Source: Candidatus Ratteibacteria bacterium (GTDB taxonomy: Bacteria; Ratteibacteria; UBA8468; B48-G9; DTJG01). From it: a stretch of 64,000 nucleotides of DNA. Shown here one piece after another: positions 9,839 through 18,415 of this stretch. The DNA lies in assembly GCA_041656495.1 (NCBI GenBank), contig JBBADJ010000001.1, positions 2,388 through 66,387 of the forward strand. The letters run 5' to 3'. The first letter of the stretch is position 1; every line of letters starts with the position of its first letter. Below the pieces are notes generated by a model. That model was not told the origin of the DNA and ran no database searches. It was given only the letters and a program-made list of their open reading frames with translations. The translations under genes and the position numbers were made by a program.

Positions 9839-12151
9839 ATGCAAAAAGACTGGAATTTCAATCCCGAGGACGAAAAAACTATCAAAACATTTTCATCATG
9901 GCTTCCGGAAAAACTTTTTGACATTCATGCCCATCTCTATCGGAAAGAAATGCTTGCGGCGCCACAGAACCATCTCGTCCAACATGGGCCAGAAGAAAGC
10001 TCTCCCAAAACATGGCGCGAACTCCTTGAACCCCTGGTCGGAAAAGGACGACTGTCGGGCGCGCTCTTCATGCCCATGATCAGTAGCCCTCATGACCGCA
10101 TCAAAGATCTAAACACCTGGACAATAACCAGCACCACGAATATTCCTGAAACAAAAACTCTCGTTCTCGTAACACCCGACATGTCATCCACAGAAATAGA
10201 ACCATTTCTTTCTCTTCCTCATTTCGCGGGATTCAAACCCTATCACCTTTACGCGACGACACATCCCACGTTCAATGCACTTCCAGCGGATTATATCCCA
10301 GAATGGGTATGGCCCCTCGCTCACGAACACCAACTCGTAATCACCATTCACCTCGTGCGCTCCGAAGCAATGGCGGATCCGGCCAACCTTAAATATCTAC
10401 GCAACCATTGCGAGAAATTTCCAGACGCACGAGTAATCCTCGCCCACTGTGGACGAGCTTTTCACGCACCCAATGCGAAAAAAGGCGTTGTTGGACTAGA
10501 GGAAATCAGAAACATTTGGTTTGACACCGCAGCTATCTGCGAAGCAGAACCTATTGAAACACTCCTCAATGCTTTCGGACCACGCCGTATCCTCTGGGGA
10601 AGCGATTTCCCTGTTTCCCAGATTCCAGGACGATGTGTAACCACAGGAAACGGGTTCTACTGGCTTCACCCTAACACCACTATACCTGGACAAGGCTCTT
10701 TGCAATTTCTTCCTATCGTGCTTGAAAATCTACGCGCACACCAAAAAGCCGCAAAAACTTTCGGGCTGAATAAAGAGGATCTTACGGATATTTTTTATGA
10801 AAATGCCCAACGTCTTCTTCATATACGGCCTGAATTTGATAGTGATATTCTGCATTTATATCAACACGCAAAAGAAAGAATTCCAGGGGGTACACAATTA
10901 TTAAGCAAACGACCTGAAATGTTTGCACCCAACCAATGGCCCGCCTATTTCCGTGAAGCCCGCGGATGCGAAACATGGGATACAGACGGCCGCCATTACT
11001 ATGATATGTCTCACAATGGTATTAGTTCTTGTCTTCTTGGATTTCGCGATCCCGACGTAACCACAGCTGTTCAAAGAAGAGTCGCGCTTGGAAGCATGTC
11101 TACACTTAACCCTCCCGAAGAAGTAGAACTCGCGGATCTTCTCTGTAAAATACACCCTTGGGCAGAACAGGTCCGTTTTGCCAGATGCGGCGGGGAAGCC
11201 TGCGCTGTTGCGATAAGAATTGCACGGGCCACAACAAACCGTTCTCTTGTTGCATTTTGCGGATATCATGGATGGCAAGATTGGTATCTTGCCGCCAACC
11301 TTGGAGAATCTGACGCACTTCAGGGACATCTCCTTCCTGGACTTGAAAGCTTCGGCGTACCAAAAGAACTTCGGGGAACTGCCCTTACTTTCCGCTATAA
11401 CCATCCGGAAGAGTTTCAAACCCTTATAAAAAAATATGGAGACAAACTCGCGGCAGTCATCATGGAGCCATGCCGGTCGGAAGATCCAGATCCGGGCTTT
11501 CTTGAAAATATCCGAAACACTGCCCACCACTCGGGCGCACTTTTAATATTTGATGAAATTACCATTGGATGGAGGATGTGTCTTGGTGGAGCGCACCGCA
11601 AATTTGGGGTATCTCCTGATATTGCCGTATTTGCCAAAGCCATGGGAAACGGACATCCGATCGCCGCTATTATCGGCACCCGTAATGCAATGGATGGAGC
11701 GCATAGATCTTTTATCAGTAGTACTTACTGGACAGAAAGTGTCGGGCCTGTAGCGGCGCTTGCAACTATTCAAAAAATGGAACAAATCGATCTGCCCGCT
11801 TATATCGCACGCATTGGATCCCGTGTTATAGAAATATGGAAAGAGTATGGTAAAAAGTATAATATTTCCATTGATACTGCCTCTCGTTTATCTCTTCCGA
11901 AAATGCAGTTCAATCATGAAAAATCCGATATCCTGCGTACCCTCTTTACTCAATATATGCTTGATCGGGGGTTTCTTGCGACAACGGCTTTTTCTCCCAC
12001 GCTTGCCCATAATGACAGGATTCTTGATCTGTATGAAAAAGCGATTGAAGAAGTATTTTCCATGATCGCAAGAGATATTGATTCTAAAGATCCTGAAGAC
12101 TCGTTACGTGGTCCAGTTGCACATACCGGATTTCATCGACTTGCTAAATAA
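9839..12151 (+). CDS. Fusion protein: N-terminal Amidohydrolase_2-type metal-dependent hydrolase plus C-terminal class-III PLP aminotransferase (glutamate-1-semialdehyde aminomutase-like)
   Basis: N-terminal half: FDIHAHLY, ITIHLV, VILAHCGRAF, ILWGSDFPVS. C-terminal half: GYHGWQDWYLA, LIFDEITIGWR, DIAVFAKAMGNGHPIAAI (PLP lysine context). A single uninterrupted 770-aa ORF. Confidence 0.75.
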   Translation: MQKDWNFNPEDEKTIKTFSSWLPEKLFDIHAHLYRKEMLAAPQNHLVQHGPEESSPKTWRELLEPLVGKGRLSGALFMPMISSPHDRIKDLNTWTITSTTNIPETKTLVLVTPDMSSTEIEPFLSLPHFAGFKPYHLYATTHPTFNALPADYIPEWVWPLAHEHQLVITIHLVRSEAMADPANLKYLRNHCEKFPDARVILAHCGRAFHAPNAKKGVVGLEEIRNIWFDTAAICEAEPIETLLNAFGPRRILWGSDFPVSQIPGRCVTTGNGFYWLHPNTTIPGQGSLQFLPIVLENLRAHQKAAKTFGLNKEDLTDIFYENAQRLLHIRPEFDSDILHLYQHAKERIPGGTQLLSKRPEMFAPNQWPAYFREARGCETWDTDGRHYYDMSHNGISSCLLGFRDPDVTTAVQRRVALGSMSTLNPPEEVELADLLCKIHPWAEQVRFARCGGEACAVAIRIARATTNRSLVAFCGYHGWQDWYLAANLGESDALQGHLLPGLESFGVPKELRGTALTFRYNHPEEFQTLIKKYGDKLAAVIMEPCRSEDPDPGFLENIRNTAHHSGALLIFDEITIGWRMCLGGAHRKFGVSPDIAVFAKAMGNGHPIAAIIGTRNAMDGAHRSFISSTYWTESVGPVAALATIQKMEQIDLPAYIARIGSRVIEIWKEYGKKYNISIDTASRLSLPKMQFNHEKSDILRTLFTQYMLDRGFLATTAFSPTLAHNDRILDLYEKAIEEVFSMIARDIDSKDPEDSLRGPVAHTGFHRLAK

Positions 12152-12200
12152 AAAATGCATTCGCCAACCGACTATGTAATTCTCTCACCAGGAGAAAACC

Positions 12201-13163
12201 ATGGCATTGGTAAAGAATCCGCACGATATTAAGATAGGAATAGTTGGATGTACAAAAGGAAATGGACACCCTTATTCATGGAGCGCCATATTTAATGGAT
12301 ATGATAAAGAACAGATATCAAAAAAATGTCCGTTTCCCGGCATTGCTCTCTACCTTAACAAAGAACCAAAAGAATCTTTTGGAATCAACGGTGCTGTTAT
12401 TACCCATATTTCCTGCAAAGGTAACGGTGGTTTTTCCGCGGAAGATGTATCTGCTTCTTCGCTCATACCAAATGTAACCGAAGAACCTGAAGATATGATC
12501 GGAGAGGTGGATGCGGTTATTATCGCCACTGATATTGGCGCTGAACATAAAGATCGCGCTAAACCATTCATTAAGGCTGGCATACCTCTCTTCATTGATA
12601 AACCATTGGTAGACAATGAAGAGGACCTTAAAATGTTTATCCAATGGGCAAAAGAAGGAAAAGCTTTTATAAGCTCAAGTTCAATGCGCTATTGTAAGGA
12701 ATTCCTTCCTTGGCGGCTTTCTACACATGAATTGGGCGCGCTCCGATTTCTAACCGCCACCTCTTCAAAAAAATGGGAAACTTATGGAATCCACGCGCTA
12801 GAATCTATCTTTCCTATTATGGGTCCTGGTTTTCTTACAGCACAGAGCATTCCAACTAAAGATGGAACTATCGTGCATCTTACCCATAAAAGAAGAGCAG
12901 ACGCAATCATTGCAGTTATCTCTGATATGTATGGCGGATTTGGCTCTCTTCAAATTTGCGGAACCGAAGGCCACGTACAAACCGCTTTCACAGATACATT
13001 TTACTCGTTCAAAACGCAACTTGAGGCATTTGTAACATATCTTAAAAGTGAAGAAAAGCCTTTTCCATTTGAAGAAACGATTGAATTAATGAAACTTCTG
13101 ATTGCCGGAATAAAAAGCAGGGAAGAGAAAGGAAGAATTGTAGCGCTGGAAGAGATAGGGTAA
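12201..13163 (+). CDS. Gfo/Idh/MocA-like NAD(P)-dependent oxidoreductase
   Basis: IKIGIVGCTKGNGH (Rossmann start) and VDAVIIATDIGAEHKDRAKPFIKAGIPLFIDKPL (a DKP variant of the EKP motif). GGAGA RBS. Confidence 0.65.
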   Translation: MALVKNPHDIKIGIVGCTKGNGHPYSWSAIFNGYDKEQISKKCPFPGIALYLNKEPKESFGINGAVITHISCKGNGGFSAEDVSASSLIPNVTEEPEDMIGEVDAVIIATDIGAEHKDRAKPFIKAGIPLFIDKPLVDNEEDLKMFIQWAKEGKAFISSSSMRYCKEFLPWRLSTHELGALRFLTATSSKKWETYGIHALESIFPIMGPGFLTAQSIPTKDGTIVHLTHKRRADAIIAVISDMYGGFGSLQICGTEGHVQTAFTDTFYSFKTQLEAFVTYLKSEEKPFPFEETIELMKLLIAGIKSREEKGRIVALEEIG

Positions 13164-13257
13164 ACGTAAAATATGAATGACTTATCATATAGGCTTTCAT
13201 GCACCTGGAATAATGGAAACTTTTCTAATCTATTGAAACCATAGAAGGAGAAGAAAA

Positions 13258-14040
13258 ATGAAGATCATAGAACAGTTCTCTTTGAAAGGAAAAGTAGCTC
13301 TTCTTACCGGTGCCGCAGGACTATATGGAAGGCAGATCCTCCGTGCGCTCGCAGAGGCGGGAGCAACAACTTGTATTGCTTCAAGAGATAAAGAAGCATT
13401 GGAGAAAGTTGCACATTCTCATAGAACGCAAGGAAGCGAAATTCATACATTCACACTTGACCAGTCTGATGAAAAATCTATTCTTGAGCTCAAAGAGAGA
13501 ATTCAAGAAAAGTTTGGCGCTATTCATATCCTTGTCAATAATGCAGTAGCCCGTCCCGCGGGCAAAGGCTATCTTTATGCCACAGCCTCTGAAATTGAAA
13601 GAAGTATGGCTGTCAATGCCACAGGCATTATTCTGCTGACACGCGCAATAGGAGAAATTCTCAAAGAGTACGGATCCATTATCAATATCGGCTCTATGAT
13701 GGGCTTGGTGGGGCTTGAACCATTAAATTATCGGGGCACTGAGATGGATGGATGGCATGCGGATTACTTCTTTCATAAAGGCGGGATGGCAAATTTAACA
13801 CGATTTTTGGCAAGTTTTTACGGACCGCGCGGAATCAGAGTAAACTGTATACATCCCGGAGGACTAGCACAACCAAGCCAACCTTCTCAGTTTCAGATAA
13901 ATTATAGTGAACGAACATGCCTTGGACGGCTTGCAAATGATACTGATCTTATGGGCATTATTGTCTTTCTCGCCTCGGACGCCTCGCGTTATATAACAGG
14001 AACCAATATTCCGGTTGACGGCGGTTATACAGCAAAATAA
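13258..14040 (+). CDS. Short-chain dehydrogenase/reductase (SDR)
   Basis: GKVALLTGAAGLYGRQI, VNNAV, YFFHK (YxxxK), PVDGGYTA. Confidence 0.85.
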   Translation: MKIIEQFSLKGKVALLTGAAGLYGRQILRALAEAGATTCIASRDKEALEKVAHSHRTQGSEIHTFTLDQSDEKSILELKERIQEKFGAIHILVNNAVARPAGKGYLYATASEIERSMAVNATGIILLTRAIGEILKEYGSIINIGSMMGLVGLEPLNYRGTEMDGWHADYFFHKGGMANLTRFLASFYGPRGIRVNCIHPGGLAQPSQPSQFQINYSERTCLGRLANDTDLMGIIVFLASDASRYITGTNIPVDGGYTAK

Positions 14041-14209
14041 AAAAAACGAGATTTCTCAAAAAAGAAAAAAAATGCTACTATATTCTTGTTAATAAGCGGC
14101 ATCCATCATTGTAGTCCGCACTTTTCTTCTTACCCTATTTGTAATCTTTTAGCTCTTTAGGCCTATACATATTTACATAAGCTCATTACAAATTACAGGG
14201 AGAATATGA

Positions 14210-15655
14210 GTGGTATTCAAAAAGAAAATTCTCATAGTCGGCTATGGTTCCGTAGCCCGATGTCTTCTTCCTCTTCTTTTTGAACACCTTTCAATTCCTC
14301 ACAATCGCATTACTATTGTTGACAAAAAAGATAAGACCGATGACCTTGCGTCGTGGATAAAGAAAGGGATCAGATTTTTTCAAAGAACCATTACTCCGCT
14401 TAACCTCGCTCGTGTTCTTTCCGAGCATGTTTCTTCCGGAGACGCAATCATTGATCTTTCATGGAATATTGAATGTATAGATATACTTGCATGGTGTCAT
14501 GATAACAATGTTCTCTATGTTAATTCCTCTATGGAAGATTGGGATCCTTTTGCGAACATTTCTACACAGAGTCTCTACGAAAAATCGCTCTACCATAAAC
14601 AAGAAAAAATTCGTACTATGGCAAATGGATGGAGCGGTCCTCAAACAACCGCTATTATAGATCATGGCGCAAATCCAGGGCTTGTATCTCATTTTATGCG
14701 AAAAGGACTTGTAGATATCGCCCTTACAATGCTTCAAGATAATAGTGTCTCAAAAAAAAGAAAAGCATCCATTGAACAGTATCTCTCAACACAAGAATAT
14801 GCTCATCTCTCTAAAACCCTTGAAGTCAAGGTAATCCACATTAGTGAGCATGATACGCAAATTACCAATAATCCTAAACAAAACAATGAATTTGTTGGAA
14901 CATGGAGCATTGAAGCAATGCATGAAGAAAGCCTCGCTCCCGCGGAATTTGCCTGGGGCACGCATGAAACCAATGTTCCATTGTTCGCTACCTTTGCGCC
15001 CACTAATAAAAAGCAGATCTTCCTTCCGCAAATGGGAATGAATACATGGATAAGGTCTTGGGTTCCTGATGAAGAGATTATAGGTATGGTAATACGTCAT
15101 GCGGAAATAGTAACTATATCTCACTCGCTCTCAGTAGAGGAAAAAGGAAAAACCATCTATTCTCCCACTGTTAACTATGCCTATATGCCCTGCAATGAAA
15201 CCATTGTTTCTCTGCATGAACTTCGCTGTAGAAATTACGAACTCCAAACAAACTTAAGAATCTTAAATGATGAAATCATTGAAGGCGCAGACAAGCTTGG
15301 CGCTCTGATTATGGGACATCGCTACCATGCATGGTGGACAGGAAGTCTTCTGAGTATTCAAGAAGCGCGGAAACTCGTTCCTCACCAAAACGCAACCACT
15401 CTTCAGGTAGCTATTGGCGTGATAGCGGCCTTTATGTGGATGATAAAAAATCCTTCCCAGGGAGTATGTATGCCGGATGATCTTCCTTACGAGCCTATTC
15501 TTGCCACAGCACAGCCTTATCTTGGAGAATTTATATCAAAACCCGTGGACTGGAATCCTCTTAAAAATTATCAGGTCTTTTTTAAGGAAAACCCCACCCT
15601 TACTCCTGATAGAAAGAATATTTGGTCCTTTAACAATTTTCTCTTCTCTTCCTAA
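14210..15655 (+). CDS. hss: Homospermidine synthase (bacterial, saccharopine-dehydrogenase-like fold)
   Basis: KILIVGYGSVARCLLPL, HGANPGLVSHF, ISEHDTQ, GTWSIEA, NYAYMPCNETIVSLHE, QNATTLQVAIGV: the motif pattern I recall from bacterial HSS. GTG start with a GGGAG RBS. Confidence 0.75.
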   Translation: MVFKKKILIVGYGSVARCLLPLLFEHLSIPHNRITIVDKKDKTDDLASWIKKGIRFFQRTITPLNLARVLSEHVSSGDAIIDLSWNIECIDILAWCHDNNVLYVNSSMEDWDPFANISTQSLYEKSLYHKQEKIRTMANGWSGPQTTAIIDHGANPGLVSHFMRKGLVDIALTMLQDNSVSKKRKASIEQYLSTQEYAHLSKTLEVKVIHISEHDTQITNNPKQNNEFVGTWSIEAMHEESLAPAEFAWGTHETNVPLFATFAPTNKKQIFLPQMGMNTWIRSWVPDEEIIGMVIRHAEIVTISHSLSVEEKGKTIYSPTVNYAYMPCNETIVSLHELRCRNYELQTNLRILNDEIIEGADKLGALIMGHRYHAWWTGSLLSIQEARKLVPHQNATTLQVAIGVIAAFMWMIKNPSQGVCMPDDLPYEPILATAQPYLGEFISKPVDWNPLKNYQVFFKENPTLTPDRKNIWSFNNFLFSS

Positions 15656-15663
15656 ATAACAGG

Positions 15664-15687
15664 AAAGAGGAGAGTATCCTCTTTTTT
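15664..15687 (+). terminator. Rho-independent terminator after hss; possibly bidirectional, also serving dinB
   Basis: aaagagga-gagta-tcctcttt gives an 8-bp stem and 5-nt loop, followed by a T run. Confidence 0.65.
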
Positions 15688-15847
15688 CTATAAATTTGAG
15701 AAGAGCGCTTCCTAACAAAAAGAGTTATTACCTTTTATTCTTATAAAGCAGAAAAAAAGTCCGGGAACTGTTCAGCCCAATCCAGAATCAAAAAAGCGTC
15801 TCATCATGCCACCACGGCAAAAGAAAGATAAAGAAGAAAATCTAAAA

Positions 15848-17044
15848 TCATCCAGGAAAGAAGGCGTTGACTTTTTCCAAAGCCGGCATACGATCTTTTC
15901 CATAGAGTGATGCCGCTAAAAAAAGGGTATCCGAACCATATTTCGCATTAAGAGAATCCATTGCCGCAAGAGTTTTCTCACGCTTTGTATTCCTGAAAAG
16001 ATGAAGTTGAGGGGTTTTAGTAAGCCCGCACAGGGTAAGCCCAATCTGACGAACCTTTTTGGAAGAAAGGTATGGTTCTATTATCTGCCAGGCAGTTGTA
16101 AAAAATTCTTTCTCATCGCAAGAAGGAGAGGGGAGGGGAGCCTGTCTTTCAAAAGAAATAAAATCTTCAAACCGTATTTTACAGGAAATTCTGCTTCCAT
16201 ACCACCCGGATTCTCGCATTCTTGCCGCGACTCGTTCCGCGAGACGAAAAAGAAGGCTACGAAGAAATTCTATATCAAGAGTGTTTTTCGGAAGTGTGCA
16301 AGAATGGGAAAAAGATTTTGGATCTTCAACTACGGTAGCAATATGTTCAGATCCTCTTCCCATGCACCACTGATAAATTTTTATACCATATAAACCAAAC
16401 CTGCGATGCCAAAACGAAAGAGGAATCAATGTAAGAACGCCGCATGTAAAAATTCCCATAAGATGAAGACGTTCTGTTAAACGAGGACCTATACCGGGAA
16501 CTTTCTCTATAGGAAGTGCATGCATAAAATCCGCAATTTGGTCACAAGGAACCACAAGAATACCCTCAGGCTTACAAAATGCAGAAGATATTTTCGCAAC
16601 TGTTTTATTACTACTTACTCCCACAGAACAAGGAAGACCCGTCCTTTCTTTAACTCTCTTTTTTATTAGAGATGCGGCACATTCCGGACTTCCTTCAACA
16701 AGCACAGTATCGGTAAGATCAAAGAAGGCTTCATCTATGGAGGTAACTTCTACAGATCCAGTGATGGATTCAATAGAAGAGAAGATCTGCCTTGAAACCT
16801 CTGAATATCGGTTGAAATCTCCCTTTACAATGGTTGCATGCGGACAAAGATGAAGGGCTTCTCTGATATTCATTCCTGATTTCACGCCATACTTTTTTGC
16901 TTCATAGGAAGAAGCGGCAATCACTCCCCTTGTTTCACTCTTTCCTGATACACATATCGCTTTTCCCTGAAGGGAAGGGTTTAATACTTGCTCCACAGAA
17001 GCAAAAAATGCATCCATATCAAGATGCGCAATCCATCTCTTCAT
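15848..17044 (-). CDS. dinB: Y-family DNA polymerase IV
   Basis: HLDMDAFFASVEQ and SIDEAFFDLT, with a little-finger C-terminal region. The ATG directly abuts the stop of the upstream 82-aa ORF (TGAATG). Confidence 0.9.
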   Translation of the reverse strand: MKRWIAHLDMDAFFASVEQVLNPSLQGKAICVSGKSETRGVIAASSYEAKKYGVKSGMNIREALHLCPHATIVKGDFNRYSEVSRQIFSSIESITGSVEVTSIDEAFFDLTDTVLVEGSPECAASLIKKRVKERTGLPCSVGVSSNKTVAKISSAFCKPEGILVVPCDQIADFMHALPIEKVPGIGPRLTERLHLMGIFTCGVLTLIPLSFWHRRFGLYGIKIYQWCMGRGSEHIATVVEDPKSFSHSCTLPKNTLDIEFLRSLLFRLAERVAARMRESGWYGSRISCKIRFEDFISFERQAPLPSPSCDEKEFFTTAWQIIEPYLSSKKVRQIGLTLCGLTKTPQLHLFRNTKREKTLAAMDSLNAKYGSDTLFLAASLYGKDRMPALEKVNAFFPG

Positions 17045-17293
17045 TCAGCCCTCTATATGAATACGTTCTAACTCCCAAGAAAGACTTTCTGTATCAAGGG
17101 TTAATTCAAGTATTCTTCCTCCATCCGAGACTGCAAAATGATAAAGAGGAAAAATATTGCGGCGGCTATGCCACCGAAAGGTAATCTTTTGTACCTGAAT
17201 AGAGATGTTTTTCCAAACAATCTTACGGATACGGAAGATTCCATTTCCGAACTCTGCAGAAACCACAACTGGTTCGTGAATTTCGGTAATCAC
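17045..17293 (-). CDS. 82-aa hypothetical protein wedged between lexA and dinB
   Basis: GTG start overlapping the lexA stop (GTGA); its stop is immediately followed by the dinB ATG. I recognise no family. Confidence 0.5.
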   Translation of the reverse strand: MITEIHEPVVVSAEFGNGIFRIRKIVWKNISIQVQKITFRWHSRRNIFPLYHFAVSDGGRILELTLDTESLSWELERIHIEG

Positions 17294-17886
17294 GCAAACT
17301 TCCTATAGAGCGCGATAACTTTTCCAACGATGATCCCTTCCTCTATTTCCAATGGCTGATAGGCAGGGTTTGCAGGTTCAAGAAAAATCTTCTTTCCCTC
17401 TTTTTTCAAAGATTTTACCGTGGCTTCTCCTTCCAATAGAGCCACCACAATATCTCCGCTCTCCACCGCTATATCTTTTCTTACCAAGACATAATCTCCA
17501 TTATTAATTCCCGCCTCTATCATACTATCTCCCCGAATCCTCAATGCAAAAAGGGTACCGCTTTTCAAAAGATCCTCGTTAAAAGAGAGCATCTCCCCTG
17601 GAGGGATTTTAGAAAGAAGCGGAACGCCGGCAGTAATAGATCCCAAAAGAGGAATGCCCTGCATTGTACAGTCTTTTTTTTCAATCTGGATCGTTCTTGC
17701 CCGATAAGGCAGTTTCGTAAGAACTCCTTTTTCAATAAGAGCTTTTATATGGCAGGTTACCGCATGGGGACTTTTAAAACCAAAATAAGACTGTATCTCC
17801 CCAACAGTGGGAGAGAACCCATTGGTATCAAGAAACTTTTTAATAAACCTGAATACTTCTTCTTGTTTTTTTGAAAGTCTTTTCAT
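17290..17886 (-). CDS. lexA: LexA repressor (S24 autopeptidase)
   Basis: N-terminal winged HTH (PTVGEIQSYFGFKSPHAVTCHIKALIEKG), a cleavage-site region, and GDSM...K Ser/Lys dyad motifs. Confidence 0.95.
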   Translation of the reverse strand: MKRLSKKQEEVFRFIKKFLDTNGFSPTVGEIQSYFGFKSPHAVTCHIKALIEKGVLTKLPYRARTIQIEKKDCTMQGIPLLGSITAGVPLLSKIPPGEMLSFNEDLLKSGTLFALRIRGDSMIEAGINNGDYVLVRKDIAVESGDIVVALLEGEATVKSLKKEGKKIFLEPANPAYQPLEIEEGIIVGKVIALYRKFA

Positions 17887-17948
17887 ACTTTTCTCTTATG
17901 GCATTACTTAGAGCAAGGGTCAAGAAAAAAATCATATCCTTGAAAAGC

Positions 17949-17977
17949 ATTTTACTGTATATTTATACAGTAGTCAA
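17949..17977 (-). promoter_or_regulatory. Sigma70-type promoter of the lexA operon (TTGACT-N17-TAAAAT)
   Basis: The reverse strand reads cTTGACTactgtataaatatacagTAAAATgc. The -35 is at 17977-17972 and the -10 at 17954-17949. Confidence 0.7.
17953..17972. promoter_or_regulatory. LexA (SOS) box, E. coli-type CTGT-N8-ACAG
   Basis: TACTGTATATTTATACAGTA is palindromic at 18/20 positions; only the central pair (positions 10 and 11) breaks the symmetry. It fills the spacer of the lexA promoter, 67 nt upstream of the lexA start. Confidence 0.8.
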
Positions 17978-18015
17978 GAGGTACGAAACGAAACGCGGCC
18001 ATACAGGACCTGATA

Positions 18016-18236
18016 ATACCAATTCGCATTCAAAAATAGAGCAAGGCTCCGAGGAGGTAGCCCCGGAAGACATACGTTTGGTACATATATGACGCTACCG
18101 ACGAAGCTCCGCGGGTATTGGTTTTTCATCGTATTCAGTGTTTGTATCAGTTGTGCCAAATCATAGCGGGGCGGGGCCCCGTACACTGCACACAGGGCAC
18201 AGTAACAATGCTATATGAATGAAGGCGAATTGGTAT
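18016..18236. repeat. 221-bp noncoding element bounded by 28-nt imperfect inverted repeats (MITE-like or structured RNA)
   Basis: Left arm 18016-18043 is ataccaattcgcattcaaaaatagagca. The reverse complement of the right arm (18209-18236) is ataccaattcgccttcattcatatagca. They match 23/28 ungapped, with the first 12 positions perfect. Confidence 0.6.
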
Positions 18237-18415
18237 AAAACATCAAAAATGGGGATTTGATGCGGATGGAATCCTATTCCGCCTGATCTCCGTCAAGCGG
18301 AATACGACCCGGCCGGACATACGAAAATGACAACTTTTTTGCGGAACAGCCACCAGCCGACACCGATCCTTTCTCGTAAAATGTCAATTGTGTATAGCCT
18401 GACCCCTGTTCGCTT

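Noticed and set aside
10901-11530. 209-aa minus-strand ORF, plus several 60-90-aa ORFs nested in 10460-11790
   Set aside because: They are antisense to the aminotransferase half of the 770-aa gene, whose PLP-enzyme motifs are clear. They have no RBS and no recognisable motifs.
17974-18186. 70-aa minus-strand ORF and 73-aa plus-strand ORF (17871-18092) in the lexA upstream region
   Set aside because: They overlap the lexA promoter/SOS box and the inverted-repeat element. They have no RBS and implausible composition.
18016-18236. Assignment of the inverted-repeat element to 6S RNA, or to a c-di-GMP-I riboswitch because of the words CACAGGGCA and TAGCGGGG
   Set aside because: Beyond the closing helix, the two arms do not form the extended 6S-like rod with a central bubble. 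The GEMM-like words occur in the wrong order and without the tetraloop/receptor context. There is also no downstream gene on that strand.
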